Below are positions 24,791 to 37,100 of a stretch of DNA of 64,000 nt, in pieces. The DNA comes from Clostridia bacterium (lineage in GTDB: Bacteria; Bacillota; Clostridia; Christensenellales; UBA1242). The notes beneath the pieces are model-generated. The model worked only from the letters and a program-made list of their open reading frames with translations. It made no database searches and had not been told where the DNA came from. The stretch lies in contig CAADYP010000018.1 of the NCBI GenBank assembly GCA_900753315.1, positions 43,497-107,496 on the forward strand, read 5' to 3'. Position 1 is the stretch's first letter; the number at the start of each line of letters is the position of its first letter. The translations under genes and the position numbers were made by a program.

Positions 24791-24942
24791 AAAAAAAACT
24801 GTGCTTAAAAAACCGCACAGGGGCGACCATTCAAGACCGCTGTTCCACCCTATTTCATAAGATGAATTATCTATCTTACCTTTTTAATGTCTTTACGCCG
24901 ACAAGCGTCAAGCTATGGAGTTGCCAATTCCGTCATCACTTG
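24791..24942 (-). ncRNA. T-box riboswitch leader of glyQS (terminator/antiterminator type)
   Basis: Minus-strand T-box sequence AAATAGGGTGGAACAGCGG lies at ~24837-24853. The antiterminator is ATAGGG / TGGAACA bulge / GCG..CGC / CCCTGT. The competing terminator is CTGTGC-ggttttttaa-GCACAG followed by T8 (24791-24820). A K-turn-like AGTGATGA sits at the 5' end. GGC (Gly) triplets occur at 24925-24923 and 24899-24897. Confidence 0.75.
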
Positions 24943-24947
24943 CAATC

Positions 24948-24976
24948 ATTATAGAGAAGTTTGGAAGAAAAGTCAA
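24948..24976 (-). promoter_or_regulatory. Sigma-A promoter of the glyQS T-box leader
   Basis: Minus strand TTGACT (24976-24971), 17-bp spacer, TATAAT (24953-24948). Confidence 0.65.
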
Positions 24977-25029
24977 CTTTGGAAGCAAATTTTACGACAT
25001 AAAACTATAAAAATTATAGCAAAGGCATC

Positions 25030-25058
25030 TTGACAGCACAACATGGATATGTTAAAAT
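25030..25058 (+). promoter_or_regulatory. Sigma-A promoter of 25078..25560
   Basis: TTGACA (25030-25035), 17-bp spacer, TG-extended TAAAAT (25053-25058). Confidence 0.6.
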
Positions 25059-25077
25059 TATGCGGTAGGAGAAAGAA

Positions 25078-25560
25078 ATGAAATTTGAATATAAATTTAT
25101 GCAACACTTTTTGAGTGGAGAAATAAGAACAGAAGACAAATTTTTGGAACTTGTACGTGACAGAGCAAATGAAATTATGAAGAAGTGTGACAATGTGCCA
25201 TCTATGAGAACTTCAAATGCTGTGCTTTTTGCAGTAACAGAAACAAGAAGAACAGGAGACACCCATACAGAATCTGTGAAATTTCAAGTAAGAGAAAATG
25301 CTCGCACTCACGCGCAAATCGAACAAGTCACAGTTTATGACACATACAGAAACAAAGACGGAATATTGGTAAGTGAGAATTCTGAAGGAATGTCTTTTGA
25401 CACAAAAGAAAAGTCTGGAAAGTATATTCACACACAAGATAGAAGCAAAAAATCAACACATTCTTTCAAATATTATGCAGTTCCATTTTTTGGAAGAAAG
25501 CTTGTTTCAAATGTAGAAAAAACAGAATCTCCAATTCAAGAAATTATCAATGATTTATAA
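25078..25560 (+). CDS. Hypothetical protein (160 aa)
   Basis: RBS AGGAGAAAG, its own promoter and terminator. No family recognised. Confidence 0.5.
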   Translation: MKFEYKFMQHFLSGEIRTEDKFLELVRDRANEIMKKCDNVPSMRTSNAVLFAVTETRRTGDTHTESVKFQVRENARTHAQIEQVTVYDTYRNKDGILVSENSEGMSFDTKEKSGKYIHTQDRSKKSTHSFKYYAVPFFGRKLVSNVEKTESPIQEIINDL

Positions 25561-25580
25561 AACTAAATGTTGAAAAGAAA

Positions 25581-25609
25581 AACATCGGCGAAAATTCCGA
25601 TGTTTTTTA
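25581..25609. terminator. Bidirectional terminator
   Basis: AACATCGG-cgaaaatt-CCGATGTT with a flanking A-run and T-run, between convergent genes. Confidence 0.7.
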
Positions 25610-25656
25610 TTGTCTCAAGTTGAACTAATTTTTAAGTTAGTTATTTATTTGAAATT

Positions 25657-27237
25657 TTAGTTTTTAAATTTGTCCATATATTCTTCATATGTCATTTGTT
25701 TGTCAATAATTGTGTTTTCGTCAACGATATCAATAATTCTGTTTGCAACTGTTTCGATAATTTCTTGGTCACCTGTGGCAAAAAGCATTCCGCCTTTGAA
25801 GTTTGTCATACCTTTGTTGAGAGATGTGATGCTTTCAAGGTCAAGATGGTTTGTTGGTTCGTCCAAGATCAAGAAATTTCCGGATTCAAGCATGATTTTT
25901 GCAAGCATACATCTCACTTTTTCTCCACCTGACAAGACATTAACTTCTTTCAAACTTTCTTCGCCAGAGAACAGCATCCTTCCAAGCCAACCTCTCACAT
26001 AACTTTCTGTTTTGTCTTTTGAATATTGTCTGAGCCAGTCAACAATGCTTAAATGACAGTTGTCAAAATATTCTCTGTTGTCTTGTGGAAGGTAAGAATA
26101 TTTGATTGTTTTACCCCAACGAATTTCTCCGCTGTCAGCTTGTTCTTTTCCAGTCAAAATGTTGAAAAGGGTGGTCAAAACCAAACTGTTTGATGACAAA
26201 AATGCGATTTTTTGGTCGTGTTCAACAGTAAATGAAAGATTGTTAAACATACCTTTTTTTGTCAGTTTTTCCACTTTCAAAATTTCTTTTCCAATTTCTT
26301 GTTCGTATTTGAAATCAACATATGGATATTTTCTTGAAGAAGGCTTAAAGTCATCAATGGTGAGTTTTTCAAGTTCTTTCTTTCTGCTTGTTGCTTGTTT
26401 TGATTTTGATGCGTTTGCAGAGAATCTTGCAATGAAGTCTTTAAGTTCTTTTGCTCTTTGCTCTGCTTTTTTGTTTTGGTCTTTTGCTTGTCTTGCCATA
26501 AGTTGGCTGGTTTCATACCAAAAATCGTAATTTCCAAGATACATATTGATTTCACCGAAATCGACATCGCAAATGTGGGTGCAGACCTTGTTTAAAAAGT
26601 GTCTGTTGTGGGATACGATGATAACGATGTTTTCAAAGTCGAGCAAAAAGTTTTCAAGCCATCTTATAGTTTTGAAGTCAAGGTTGTTTGTAGGTTCGTC
26701 CAAAATCAAAATGTCTGGATTTCCAAACAATGCTTGTGCAAGCAAAACTTTGACTTTGAGTTTTGAATCAAGTGTTGACATAAGGTCATAGAAACAACTT
26801 TCTTCAATTCCAAGGTTTTGCAAAAGTGTCTTTGCTTCGCTGTCTGCTTCCCAACCACCGAGTTCTGCAAATTCTGTTTCAAGTTCACCGGCTCTTATCC
26901 CGTCTTCATCAGAAAAATCAGGCTTTGCATAGAGTTCATCTTTTTCTTTTTGAATTTCCATAAGTCTTTTGTGTCCCAAAAGAACTGTGTCCAAAACAGT
27001 CTCGTTGTCATATTTGTTTTGATTTTGTTCCAAAACAGACATTCTTTCACCAGGGGTAATCAAAATTTCCCCTGTGTTTGGTTCAATCTCGCCAGTCAAA
27101 ATTTTCAAAAATGTAGATTTTCCAGCGCCATTTGCTCCAATAATGCCATAACAATTTCCCTTTGTGAATTTTAAATTCACTTCTTTATACAATGTTCTCC
27201 CACCAAAAGCAAGAGAGATGTTTAATGCCTGTATCAT
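25657..27237 (-). CDS. ABC-F family ATPase (YbiT-like), no TM domain
   Basis: 526 aa with two ABC domains joined by a Lys/Arg-rich linker (RFSANASKSKQATSRKKELEKL). NBD1 has Walker A GANGAGKST and Walker B ILILDEPTNNLD. NBD2 has signature LSGGEKVR and Walker B FLILDEPTNHLD. Confidence 0.9.
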   Translation of the reverse strand: MIQALNISLAFGGRTLYKEVNLKFTKGNCYGIIGANGAGKSTFLKILTGEIEPNTGEILITPGERMSVLEQNQNKYDNETVLDTVLLGHKRLMEIQKEKDELYAKPDFSDEDGIRAGELETEFAELGGWEADSEAKTLLQNLGIEESCFYDLMSTLDSKLKVKVLLAQALFGNPDILILDEPTNNLDFKTIRWLENFLLDFENIVIIVSHNRHFLNKVCTHICDVDFGEINMYLGNYDFWYETSQLMARQAKDQNKKAEQRAKELKDFIARFSANASKSKQATSRKKELEKLTIDDFKPSSRKYPYVDFKYEQEIGKEILKVEKLTKKGMFNNLSFTVEHDQKIAFLSSNSLVLTTLFNILTGKEQADSGEIRWGKTIKYSYLPQDNREYFDNCHLSIVDWLRQYSKDKTESYVRGWLGRMLFSGEESLKEVNVLSGGEKVRCMLAKIMLESGNFLILDEPTNHLDLESITSLNKGMTNFKGGMLFATGDQEIIETVANRIIDIVDENTIIDKQMTYEEYMDKFKN

Positions 27238-27944
27238 TACTTCTCCTTAATAGTTGTGTCAAATTTATGTTTTTCTGTCTTTGGTGTAATCTTTATTATT
27301 GCAGTTTTTGCTTGATGTTTTGTTATAGATTTTTCCAAAGGTTTTTCTTCTTTTGTTTTAAAATTTTGTGCAGGTATATGCACTTTTTGAACATTTTGGT
27401 TCTTTTTCTTCGTTTTTTCTTTTTCCAAAAGTTGGATTTTTTCAACATATGAAATTTGATATTTATCTTCCAAATCAGCAAGAATTTCACTCAAGTTGCA
27501 GTCGTCAAGAAAAAGACCATCCAAAAAATTTCCAAAGATTGGATTCAAATCATAAATCTCTTGATAAGCCAAAGATTCATCAAATCTTTGGCTGTTAAAT
27601 TCTTGTAAAATTATTGTCGTAATTTCAAGTCTCATATCAAGATAAATTTTAAATTTTTCTGAAAATTCTGGCGAAAAATTGAATTTATTTATATTTTTTT
27701 CGATTTTTTTGATGTTTTTTAGGGAATTTTTAAAATATTTTTTTACATGATTTTTAGTGTCATAAATAAATTCTGGATATTTTATCCATTTTTTCATTTG
27801 TCCAAGATAGAGACATTCTTTAATTTTTTCGTTATCCAATGAAAAATCCTTAGGAAGTGGGCTGTAACCTGACACTTTATACAACTTCCCAAGTCTTGGA
27901 TTGTTGAGATTTAAAAAATTCAAAACTTCATAATTTGTATTCAT
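27237..27944 (-). CDS. Hypothetical protein (235 aa), translationally coupled to the ABC-F gene
   Basis: Its stop overlaps the ABC-F start (TAATG). Lys-rich C-terminus. No family recognised. Confidence 0.5.
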   Translation of the reverse strand: MNTNYEVLNFLNLNNPRLGKLYKVSGYSPLPKDFSLDNEKIKECLYLGQMKKWIKYPEFIYDTKNHVKKYFKNSLKNIKKIEKNINKFNFSPEFSEKFKIYLDMRLEITTIILQEFNSQRFDESLAYQEIYDLNPIFGNFLDGLFLDDCNLSEILADLEDKYQISYVEKIQLLEKEKTKKKNQNVQKVHIPAQNFKTKEEKPLEKSITKHQAKTAIIKITPKTEKHKFDTTIKEK

Positions 27945-28065
27945 AATTCAATTATATACAATAAAAAAACTTGTGTCAACTTAAAATTGAAAATGCCTTG
28001 CTAATATTGTATAAAAATTATTTTATATATAAATATATAATTTATAAAAAATATCTAATAATCGT

Positions 28066-28116
28066 TTGCGAAAATAGGCGGAAAAAATGTATAATTATTT
28101 TGTCGAAAAAGACAAA
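28066..28116 (+). promoter_or_regulatory. Candidate promoter plus operator-like inverted repeat upstream of the giant gene
   Basis: TTGCGA (28066-28071), 18-bp spacer, TG-extended TATAAT (28088-28095). It is followed at once by the inverted repeat TTTGTC-gaaaaa-GACAAA (28098-28116). Confidence 0.4.
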
Positions 28117-28196
28117 CAATAAATTGAAAATTTATTTAATATAATTTTAGATTATTTTCAGTTTGCCTTAACAAAATTTGAGTAATTGGAGTTTGT

Positions 28197-31100
28197 ATGA
28201 AAAAAAGAGGAGTCCTCAGTCTTTGGAAAGTTATCGTTCTTGTTTTTGCAAGTTTGATTGGAGTGGCAGGAGCGTCAGTCTTTGGTGTATATCTTTCAGG
28301 AGGTTTTAACGAAAAGCATGTCGACCCACAAGATATGAGTTTTGATACCAATTTGAGTGAAGGTGAAGGATATTACAACACCAATTTGGGGCAATATGAA
28401 GTTGCCTCTGATTTTAAACTCGTCATCAGAACGACAACAGAAGGCGTAACAGAAAAGAAAGTTACATTGTCATTGAAAAACACAAAGGTTTCAGAAGGTG
28501 GTTATGTAAGCGATGGAATTATTAGAGTTCCACAAATCGTTTCGTTAAACACTCCTTTTTCTGTAACTTTGGAAAAAGGACAAGTAGAAAGTTTTGACGA
28601 ATGGGTAAAAGGCGGGACTTCTGTTTTGACAGCAAAATCTTCAAACATTCTCTTGACAGCACAAACAGCGAAAATTGCAGTTGATGTTCCTGTAAGCTCA
28701 ATCAATGTTGGCGTTAAAGGAATTGAAACTACAGGCGAAATATTGGAAGTTGTTGTTGGAACGACATTTGAACTCGAAACGGCATTTACTCCAAGTGCAA
28801 GCCGTTATCTCTTTTCTGACTCTTCAAGAGATAAAAATGTTTATTTTGCAAACTCTTCAGCCTACATACATTATGACTGGACAAACAGAAATTTTGTTGC
28901 AGACAGAAGAAGTGGAAATGCAACAGATACAATCACTGTTTATACATTTGCAAACTCATATTATCAAAAAACGATTTTGGAAAGCATAACTGCACAATTT
29001 AGTGGGAATCCAACAGACGAAGAATTTAGTTCGGCTGTGACAAGTTATTTAAGCAATCATCCAGAAGTATGCATCTCAAAAACAGTTGCACTCAAAGTTT
29101 TGGATATTGATGTTGCTTCAGTGGAAGTTGGAAACAGCGGAAACATTTTCTCAATGTATCTTGACCAATATCACACGGTAACAGCGGCATCTGTAAATGG
29201 CGACAACACATTGAATGTTTCTATCAAGGACAGCAAGAACAACAGCCTTAATGCTTTGATGGGAAATGTTGGTATCAAAATTTCAAAAGGAATACCTCAA
29301 CTTGCAATTTATGGTGGACAAGTTGTAAAGGTTGTTAAAACAGATGACGGAGTAACAATCACAAAAGAAAACTTTGGAAATTTGGCCGATTATTATAATG
29401 CACCAGAAGGCATCGATTATTATGTCTTGCCAAATTCTTCGCCAAAAGAGTTTAGAGATTATTTCTGGAGATTTGCAGCATCTGCAAAAATTGACAATGT
29501 TTCATTGAAGGTAAACTTTTTCTATGAAGACGAAGATGGAAATTTGAAGAAATTTTTTGAAACAGATTCAGCAGAAAAAGAAATTGTTATTCTTGCAGAA
29601 GAACATGATTATGAAGAAGATCCAGCATGGACAAGAAATGACGCAATTAGCATGACTATCAATTTTGACGGAAATGGAAACGCAATTCCAAGTCACAGAG
29701 ATTTGGCTGATGATTTAAATCCAATAAACAAAGATAATATCTACAAGACAGTAAGATACTTCTTGTTTATTGACCAAGACGATGAAAACTATGCTGACAT
29801 AAATGTTACAGATGTTTTCACTTGCAAAGCGGGCATTGAATACACAGCACTTACTGACATTCAAGGAGCAGTGCAAAAAAACGGATATATTTTGTATGAA
29901 CTTAACGGTTCTGTTTTGACAGCGGTTCAAAGTTTTGCTGGGAAAGTAAAAGTTATTGCAATGACAATCAAAACAGATGCCGACAACAAACCATATATTG
30001 AAAATGGCAGATATCAAATTGTCAAAGTAAGCAGAGCAAAAGAAATTAAAGTTGAAAGCACTCTCTCAATCGTAAACTTTGACCCAAAAATTAGTTTTGG
30101 CGATGGAGTTAGACCAAATGCACAATTTGACAACGATTATTATATTTCTGCAATAAACAGAAACGCAGATGGCAGTCAAAAGACAATGATTACTTTTGAA
30201 TTGACATTGAGCCAAAGCAAGGACACTAACACTGACAAAGCAAAGGTTATTGCTGCTTTCAATTCTGGAAACTTGACTATTGTTTGTCTTGACAAAACTG
30301 GTAAAGAAACAAACGCATATGTAACTTTGCAAGGTTTGGTTGACAAAGGGGTTGATGCCGGAAAGATTACATTCCAAGGAACTTTGGCAATTGAAGAAAA
30401 TTACTTTGCTGCAGGGAGAAATTCTCTTGATAAAGGAGTGTTTGTAAGACTCCAACTCAAATATAATGACGGCAAAGATGTCCACAAAAAAATTGTGACA
30501 GTTAAGAATGACGAAGAAAAAGATTATTTCTACATCTATTATCAACAACCAATAAAGGTTGAATTTGAATACACAAAAGATGCGGCACTTTTGGATAAAG
30601 ATGACGATAAAATTATCGACCCAATTAATGTAAATATCACTGCAACAAGTGGTATTAAGATTGGTTGGGGAAATAAAGATATTGCAGACGTTAATGCTTT
30701 GAATGATATGTTTGCATACAAACTTACAGATCAGTACAACAATCAAATTGATGCAAACTCTTCAATATACAGCATTAGACTTGAAGAAACACTGGAAGAA
30801 GGATATACAGAGAGCATTATTGGACTTGATAGCACTATGACAAAAATCAAAACCTTCATTTCTACGCAAGGACAAACAAGAACATCATATTTGACCATTT
30901 ATGTTGTGGACAAAGATGGAAATCGTGTAAACATTTTTGATGAGAACGGAAATGTAACACAACAACAAATGAAATCAGATACTATTACTTTCAATATCGC
31001 AAGTGAAGGCGTTTCAAAACTTGAATATGCCACAAAAGATGTTGTTATCAAAGGCGAAGGCAATCAAGAAGAATATGCGAATAGTTCAACTCTCAGTCAA

Positions 31101-34100
31101 GCAACAGTAAGAAAATATGTCACAACAGATGACGAAATTGATATTGCAAGTTTGCTTAAAGTTTACACAAAAAATGCCGGCGATGAAGACACATTGGTTG
31201 AAGATGTGGTTTACAAATTTGACAATGATTTCATCTCTGGGCTCAGTGCGGCAAACAAAAAAGATATTATGAAAATGTTTAATGTTTTGACTGCAGACGA
31301 TGGTGGAAATTGGCTGGGTGCAAATACAGAAGAGTCGGAATACAAATCTATTGAAGCATTTAAAAACAAAAGCATTAAAAGAATGAAAATTTTAAGTCCG
31401 TTCAAAGAAGACACACAAGTTGTTTTCTCTGTTAGAGACAAAAATGAAACATTGTTTGATATATCTCTTGTTTTGATTTTGAAATCAGATATTACAATCA
31501 GCCAAAGTTTTAATTTGTATTATGAAGCAAACAAAGATTATTTGGTTCAAGAAGCCAATGCAATTGGTGTTTTTGCAGGTGAGTCATACAACCTTGATGA
31601 ATATGTAAAACTTAATTCTTACAAGGGTAGTAATGCCGCTGGTGATTCAACATACACATGGAAGAAAGGTATTGGCGCTGTAAGTTTGGAGGCGTCTGAA
31701 ACTGGAGTGTTTAATGCAAATCCAAGCAATATTTGCAGCTTGAGCAATGAAGCAGAAGGAATCATCTTAAACATTGCAAACATTTACAATTTTACCATTG
31801 TAAGAATTACACTTTATTACGGATTTAATTCATTCTATGCTTGCAACATTACTTTCACATTGTATGTAAATCCAAACATTCTCGTAAAAGTTAATGGGAC
31901 AAAGGAAACTCCATACATAAATCTTGAAAAGATGATAAATGGCAGTGTTGGTGAAAACATTTCTGACAAATATAATATCTATAGACTTACAAATTACATC
32001 AAAAATGGGACCCTTGATGCGTTTGTCCTTGATGAAATTTCTTATGTAAACAATTCAACAGACAAATATGTAAAGATTGGAGAAGATGGAAAATTTTATT
32101 ATGAAACAGGGACAAATTCAATAAACTTCACGCTTGGGCAAACATTCAATCAAGTTTTCAAAATTAGGGCAAAATCTGGTGATACATCACAGGATATTGA
32201 TGCAGTTTTACTTTTTGATAACGGACAGGGCAAAAAGATAACGTTGTGTGATGCAAAGAGCCATTTGTCAATCAATTTCTCTGTTGGTTATGGAGAACTT
32301 GGGCTTGAAGAAGAACTTGCATCAACCGTTTTCGCTGATACAGTTAATGTAAAAACTTTGATATATAATGGTGAAACAAACTTACTTTTGAAACAAAGCA
32401 CAAGCGATATCTACAAGATGAGAGATGGTTTTACTATCAATAAAGCAGAAGGAAGCGCGGTTTATTATTCAAACAATAAAATCCTTTGCACAAGAAACAT
32501 TACTGGATTTATGAGTGTTGGCAATTTGGTTAATGTTGAAAGAACATTGTTAGATTCAGTTGGAACAAACCTTAAAATTATCATCTCTTTGAATGCAATC
32601 GTAACGAAAGTTGGTGAAAAGTTTGTTTATTACAACAATGGCGAAACCCCAGAAGATGAAACTGGAATGATTTTCAATGCTTTTGGGAATGTTGATTTTG
32701 CAAAATTGACAAGCAGCAATTATGCTGACTTGCAAGATGAAAATATTTATCAAGTTTTGGAAGCTGGAAAAGAATATAAGATAGTTCATAATTCCGTAGA
32801 ACCATTGACAGATCTTAAAAATTCATTTGGATTCTATTATGATAGCAATCTAAGTGGAATTAAAGATGAAACTGCGTCATATAGATTGTCAATTGTAGAA
32901 GATGCAACAGGATATGTGACTGGACTTGCAACGCTTGCAAAAGGAAAGGATGGCGATTCTCTTAATACAGTTTTAAAGATAAGTCACCTTGAAAACTCAT
33001 ATCAAGATGCTTACATTGTTTTGAGATTTGAACTTTACGAATTTACAGGGACAGTAGGAAACCTTACATGGTATTACCGCATAAAGGTAAATCCAAGTTT
33101 CACAGTGGGAAAAGTTTCTTATCCATATAGTGAAAATGGCGAATATCTCAACGAATATTCAAGTTACTATGATTCAGCTACAGGAAATTATGTTATTGAT
33201 TTCTCTGAAAACTTTACAGCACAAAACAGCAACAATTTGACAGGCAAGCGTTTTGCTGATGTTGAATGGAAAAATACAGAAAATCCTGCAACAACTCTTG
33301 CTCATTACGCAGTAAAGAGTGCAACAATCAATGGTGAAGAAATTACAGATTTTGCTTCTTATTTCAATTTCAACACTTATGAAAATGAAGGAGACTATGA
33401 AAAGGTTTCTATCAAACTTGTTGATGCAAATGCAAAAATTACAGTTATTCTTGAAAGAACGCTTTATGTTGATGGAATAAAGATGATTGGAAGTGCAATG
33501 CAATACAGATTGATGTTCAATCAAGGGGCAAATTATATCCACTCATTGAAAGCGGATTCAACTACTTTGACAGCAAAAAACAATGTTTATGATGTTTCGA
33601 TAAAAGCAAGTGCTACAGAAACAGTTCTTACGCCAAGCATTATGATTTCAAGCAACGGAACAGAAAGTAAGGTTGAAGATTTCAATGCTTATATTTCTGG
33701 CACGACAGAAGAACTTTCAAGTTCGCTCAAGTTTATGGGATATGTAAAGAAAGGTGCAAAACTTTATAGTGATGAAGGAACAACAGAAGTTGAAACTTTG
33801 GATGTTGACCTTATTATTGGAACATGGCTTGAAGCACAATATTCTGACAATTATGTTGAAGTAACAAAAGACGCGAATGTTTATTATGTAAGCAAAGAAG
33901 ATATCGCTTATACTTATGCTTATTTGGACGATAGCAAGAAATTGCATGTTCGTGCGAAAGACAAGATTACACAAGACAAGACATTTGAAATTGGTTTCTA
34001 TACTGATGAAAGAGTTGTGTTTAAAGTAAATCTTACTGTAACAAGTTATTTTGAATATAGATTGAATGATTCTATCTCATTTATGGGTGGGAAACAATAT

Positions 34101-37100
34101 GATGCAGTTGGCGAAGATAATGGAATCTTTGCAAGTTTGACGGCAAACAAGAGTGGGGTTACTGCAGCGCTTTCAAATATCAAATTGACAGGAAAGAATA
34201 ACAGACCTTACACATACAAAAAAGCAACAGCAGGCACTTACAGTGCTTCTACTCAATATTATGTTTTGAGCTCAGGACAATATATTGCTGTTGAAACATC
34301 AAATGCAGACGATTTAGAAAATTATTATGTTGTAGATTTGCATCTTTCAGATTTGTTTAAGTTTGAAAATGGAAAAGTAGAATTTGCACATCTCACTGAA
34401 AATGTAACTTTCAATTTTACAGCAACAATCAATAGTGAATATTCATTTGATTTCACATTGGAAGTTAAGGATTCATTTAATGTAAACACACTCCGTAGAT
34501 ATATGGATACAAACATTAGATATGGAGCAGTTAAATTTGATGTAAAGTTGGATGTTATCCAGACTAGTCTTGCAGATTTGATGCCAAAAATAGAAGGTGG
34601 AAAAACTGAGTATGTTTTTGAAGATGGAACAACAGAAAAAACAATAACACCAGAAGAAGTAAATGATGCAACTATTTGCAATCAAAAGAGCACAATTTTG
34701 TGCAAGTTTGACGGAAAGACAATGTTTAGTTTTGAAGTGGAATATAGATACACAACAAGACCAAATGTTAAGATTTCTACAAATTATCCTGCACCAGACG
34801 GAAAGAATGTGCTTGACAAAGAATATCTTTCTGCAAAAGGTGGGTCTGGCGAATTTAAGACAGCCACAATTTCAGATTTCTTTGGAAGCAAAGCATTGTT
34901 TGGTCTTGGCAACAGAATTACCGTTGAAAATTTGGCAAAAGATGAGAATGGTAATGTCAACATTGATCAAAATTGGACAATCACGGTTTCATCAATTACA
35001 AACGCAAAAGTAAATGTAAATGGAAAGATTATTTTAAGTGATTCTGCAGACAAGCTTGTTGGCACAGCAACAAATGCGGCTCCAAATGTCAATTTGACAT
35101 TCTCTATGATAGACTCTTCAAGAGATGCAACAGTAACATTTGATGTTATTATCAACAAAGTCACAGTAAATTACACTATTGTAATTGTGGCTACAGATGT
35201 CATCCAAGTTTCTACAAATGCACCAAACTATCTTAATAATAGAGAAGTAATTTATGCAGAAGACTTGACAAAACAAAATGATAAGAATTTGTTTAAACAA
35301 AATAGAATTGTAAACTACACTCTCAAATCATCAGTTACTGTAGGAACAGAATATTATTTGAGATATACAAACACTTCAGGAGAAGTAAAAGTTGTTTCTA
35401 TCACAGCAAAAAATGTTGGAGAGACAACAAACATTGATGTTGGCGAAAGCATGACAGGATATACTTATAAGGCTACATATACAAGCAAAATCGCCGCAGA
35501 AAGCGGACTTGAATCTAGTGTAATATCTGATGAAACGATCTATGAAGTTTTTCCAACTCTTACAAGCAGAATTGTGATAAAATATTATGACGGCTCTACT
35601 GTCGCATTTGGAGAAAATGTAACATTGAGTTTGAGAAAAGAAAAAAAAGAAGCCTCTATAAATGCAGATGAAGTTGCTTTAAGTGGAGAAGATTTCCAAA
35701 ATGAAGCGAAATACGAAATTAAAGTAAAAATGGGAACGGAAGAGATTTCCACATCAAGTCAATACATATTGTATTTGGATATTGAATTTGCAGTTGATGG
35801 CAATGCCGATTCTGCTGAAGGGTATACAACCGTTGAAATAAATGCAGGAACGGAACTTCCATTGTTGTCATATACTTCGTTTGGAATCAAGAATGCAAGA
35901 ACTGGACTTTTATATAATCAAGATAGTATGTACGCATCGGGCGGTTCGCTTAGTCTTTCAATTTTGGGATTTAGCGATACGGCAATTAAAGATGATTCCC
36001 AAGCAAAGAAAATACATGACAATCTCACTAGAAAAGCTGGAAAAGATTTGACAAAAGAAATTGTTTATTCGACTGGGTTGATTCCAAGAGCAGGTGTTTC
36101 TGAACTTAATAGTGCTGGCTCAAATGAAGATTTGACCAAAAACTATATCACATTGTCGGGTATCTTGAAAAATGGAAAGACAGTAGATTACAACATCAAC
36201 GCACAAGGTGCAAACAATGATGGTAACCATGTTATGATGAGAGTAACTTATACAGTTAATGTAGGTTTGGGAAATCCTATTACTTCTACACATAACATTT
36301 TGTTTAAGGTTTTGCCAAATTCAACAATGAGATTTAAGAGCCAAAATGAAGATTCTCAAATCTTCAATAATGCATCAACTGAAATTGTTAATGGGCAGAC
36401 AGTTGCAAGCAACTATGTCGCACCATATGACATTGTTTATGCAGCTGGCGATGGTTTCGCAAAAGTAAATTTCTGGACAACAAAACCAACAGATACTGGG
36501 AAAGCAACATCAGTGATTGTTGCAAATATGTATGGAAAAACGGCAAATAGTGCTAATAAGTTTACATATTCATATAACCCAGATTTGGGTAAGCAAGGAT
36601 ATAATGAGAAAGATTTGCTCAATAAGTCTGATGAGTCTGATCTATGGGGTGCTAATGGTTGGAGTAAGGAAGATTCAGTTTATAAGAGCAAACCTTTGGA
36701 TAGTAGTTTAAAAAATGTTGGGGTAACGATTTCTCCAATCACTCTTGGAACAACAGGATATATTTTTGAACTTGAGAATGATTTCGGTTACAAAGCAAAA
36801 TTTTATATCAAGATTTCTGCAAATGAAAATCCAACAATTTATTCTGCACCACAAACATTGAAAGAAGAAGACAAAATTGCAGTTGGACTTAGATATCAAA
36901 CTGTTACACCAGCCAAAGATGCAAGTGGGGACTACCAACTTTACCAAAATATCATATATAGAAAGAAAGTCGATTTAAATGAATATGCCAATGTTTTAAA
37001 AATCACTGGCAAAGACAACATTGACACAATGATTATGGAAGCAACACTTACAAAAAATGTAGGAGAATTGACTGCTGGTAGCAAAATTTACAAAACATTT

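Noticed and set aside
23374-24954. Plus-strand ORFs antisense to glyQS and its leader (for example 23961..24500, 179 aa; 24513..24860)
   Set aside because: They are antisense to an unambiguous glycyl-tRNA synthetase and its T-box leader.
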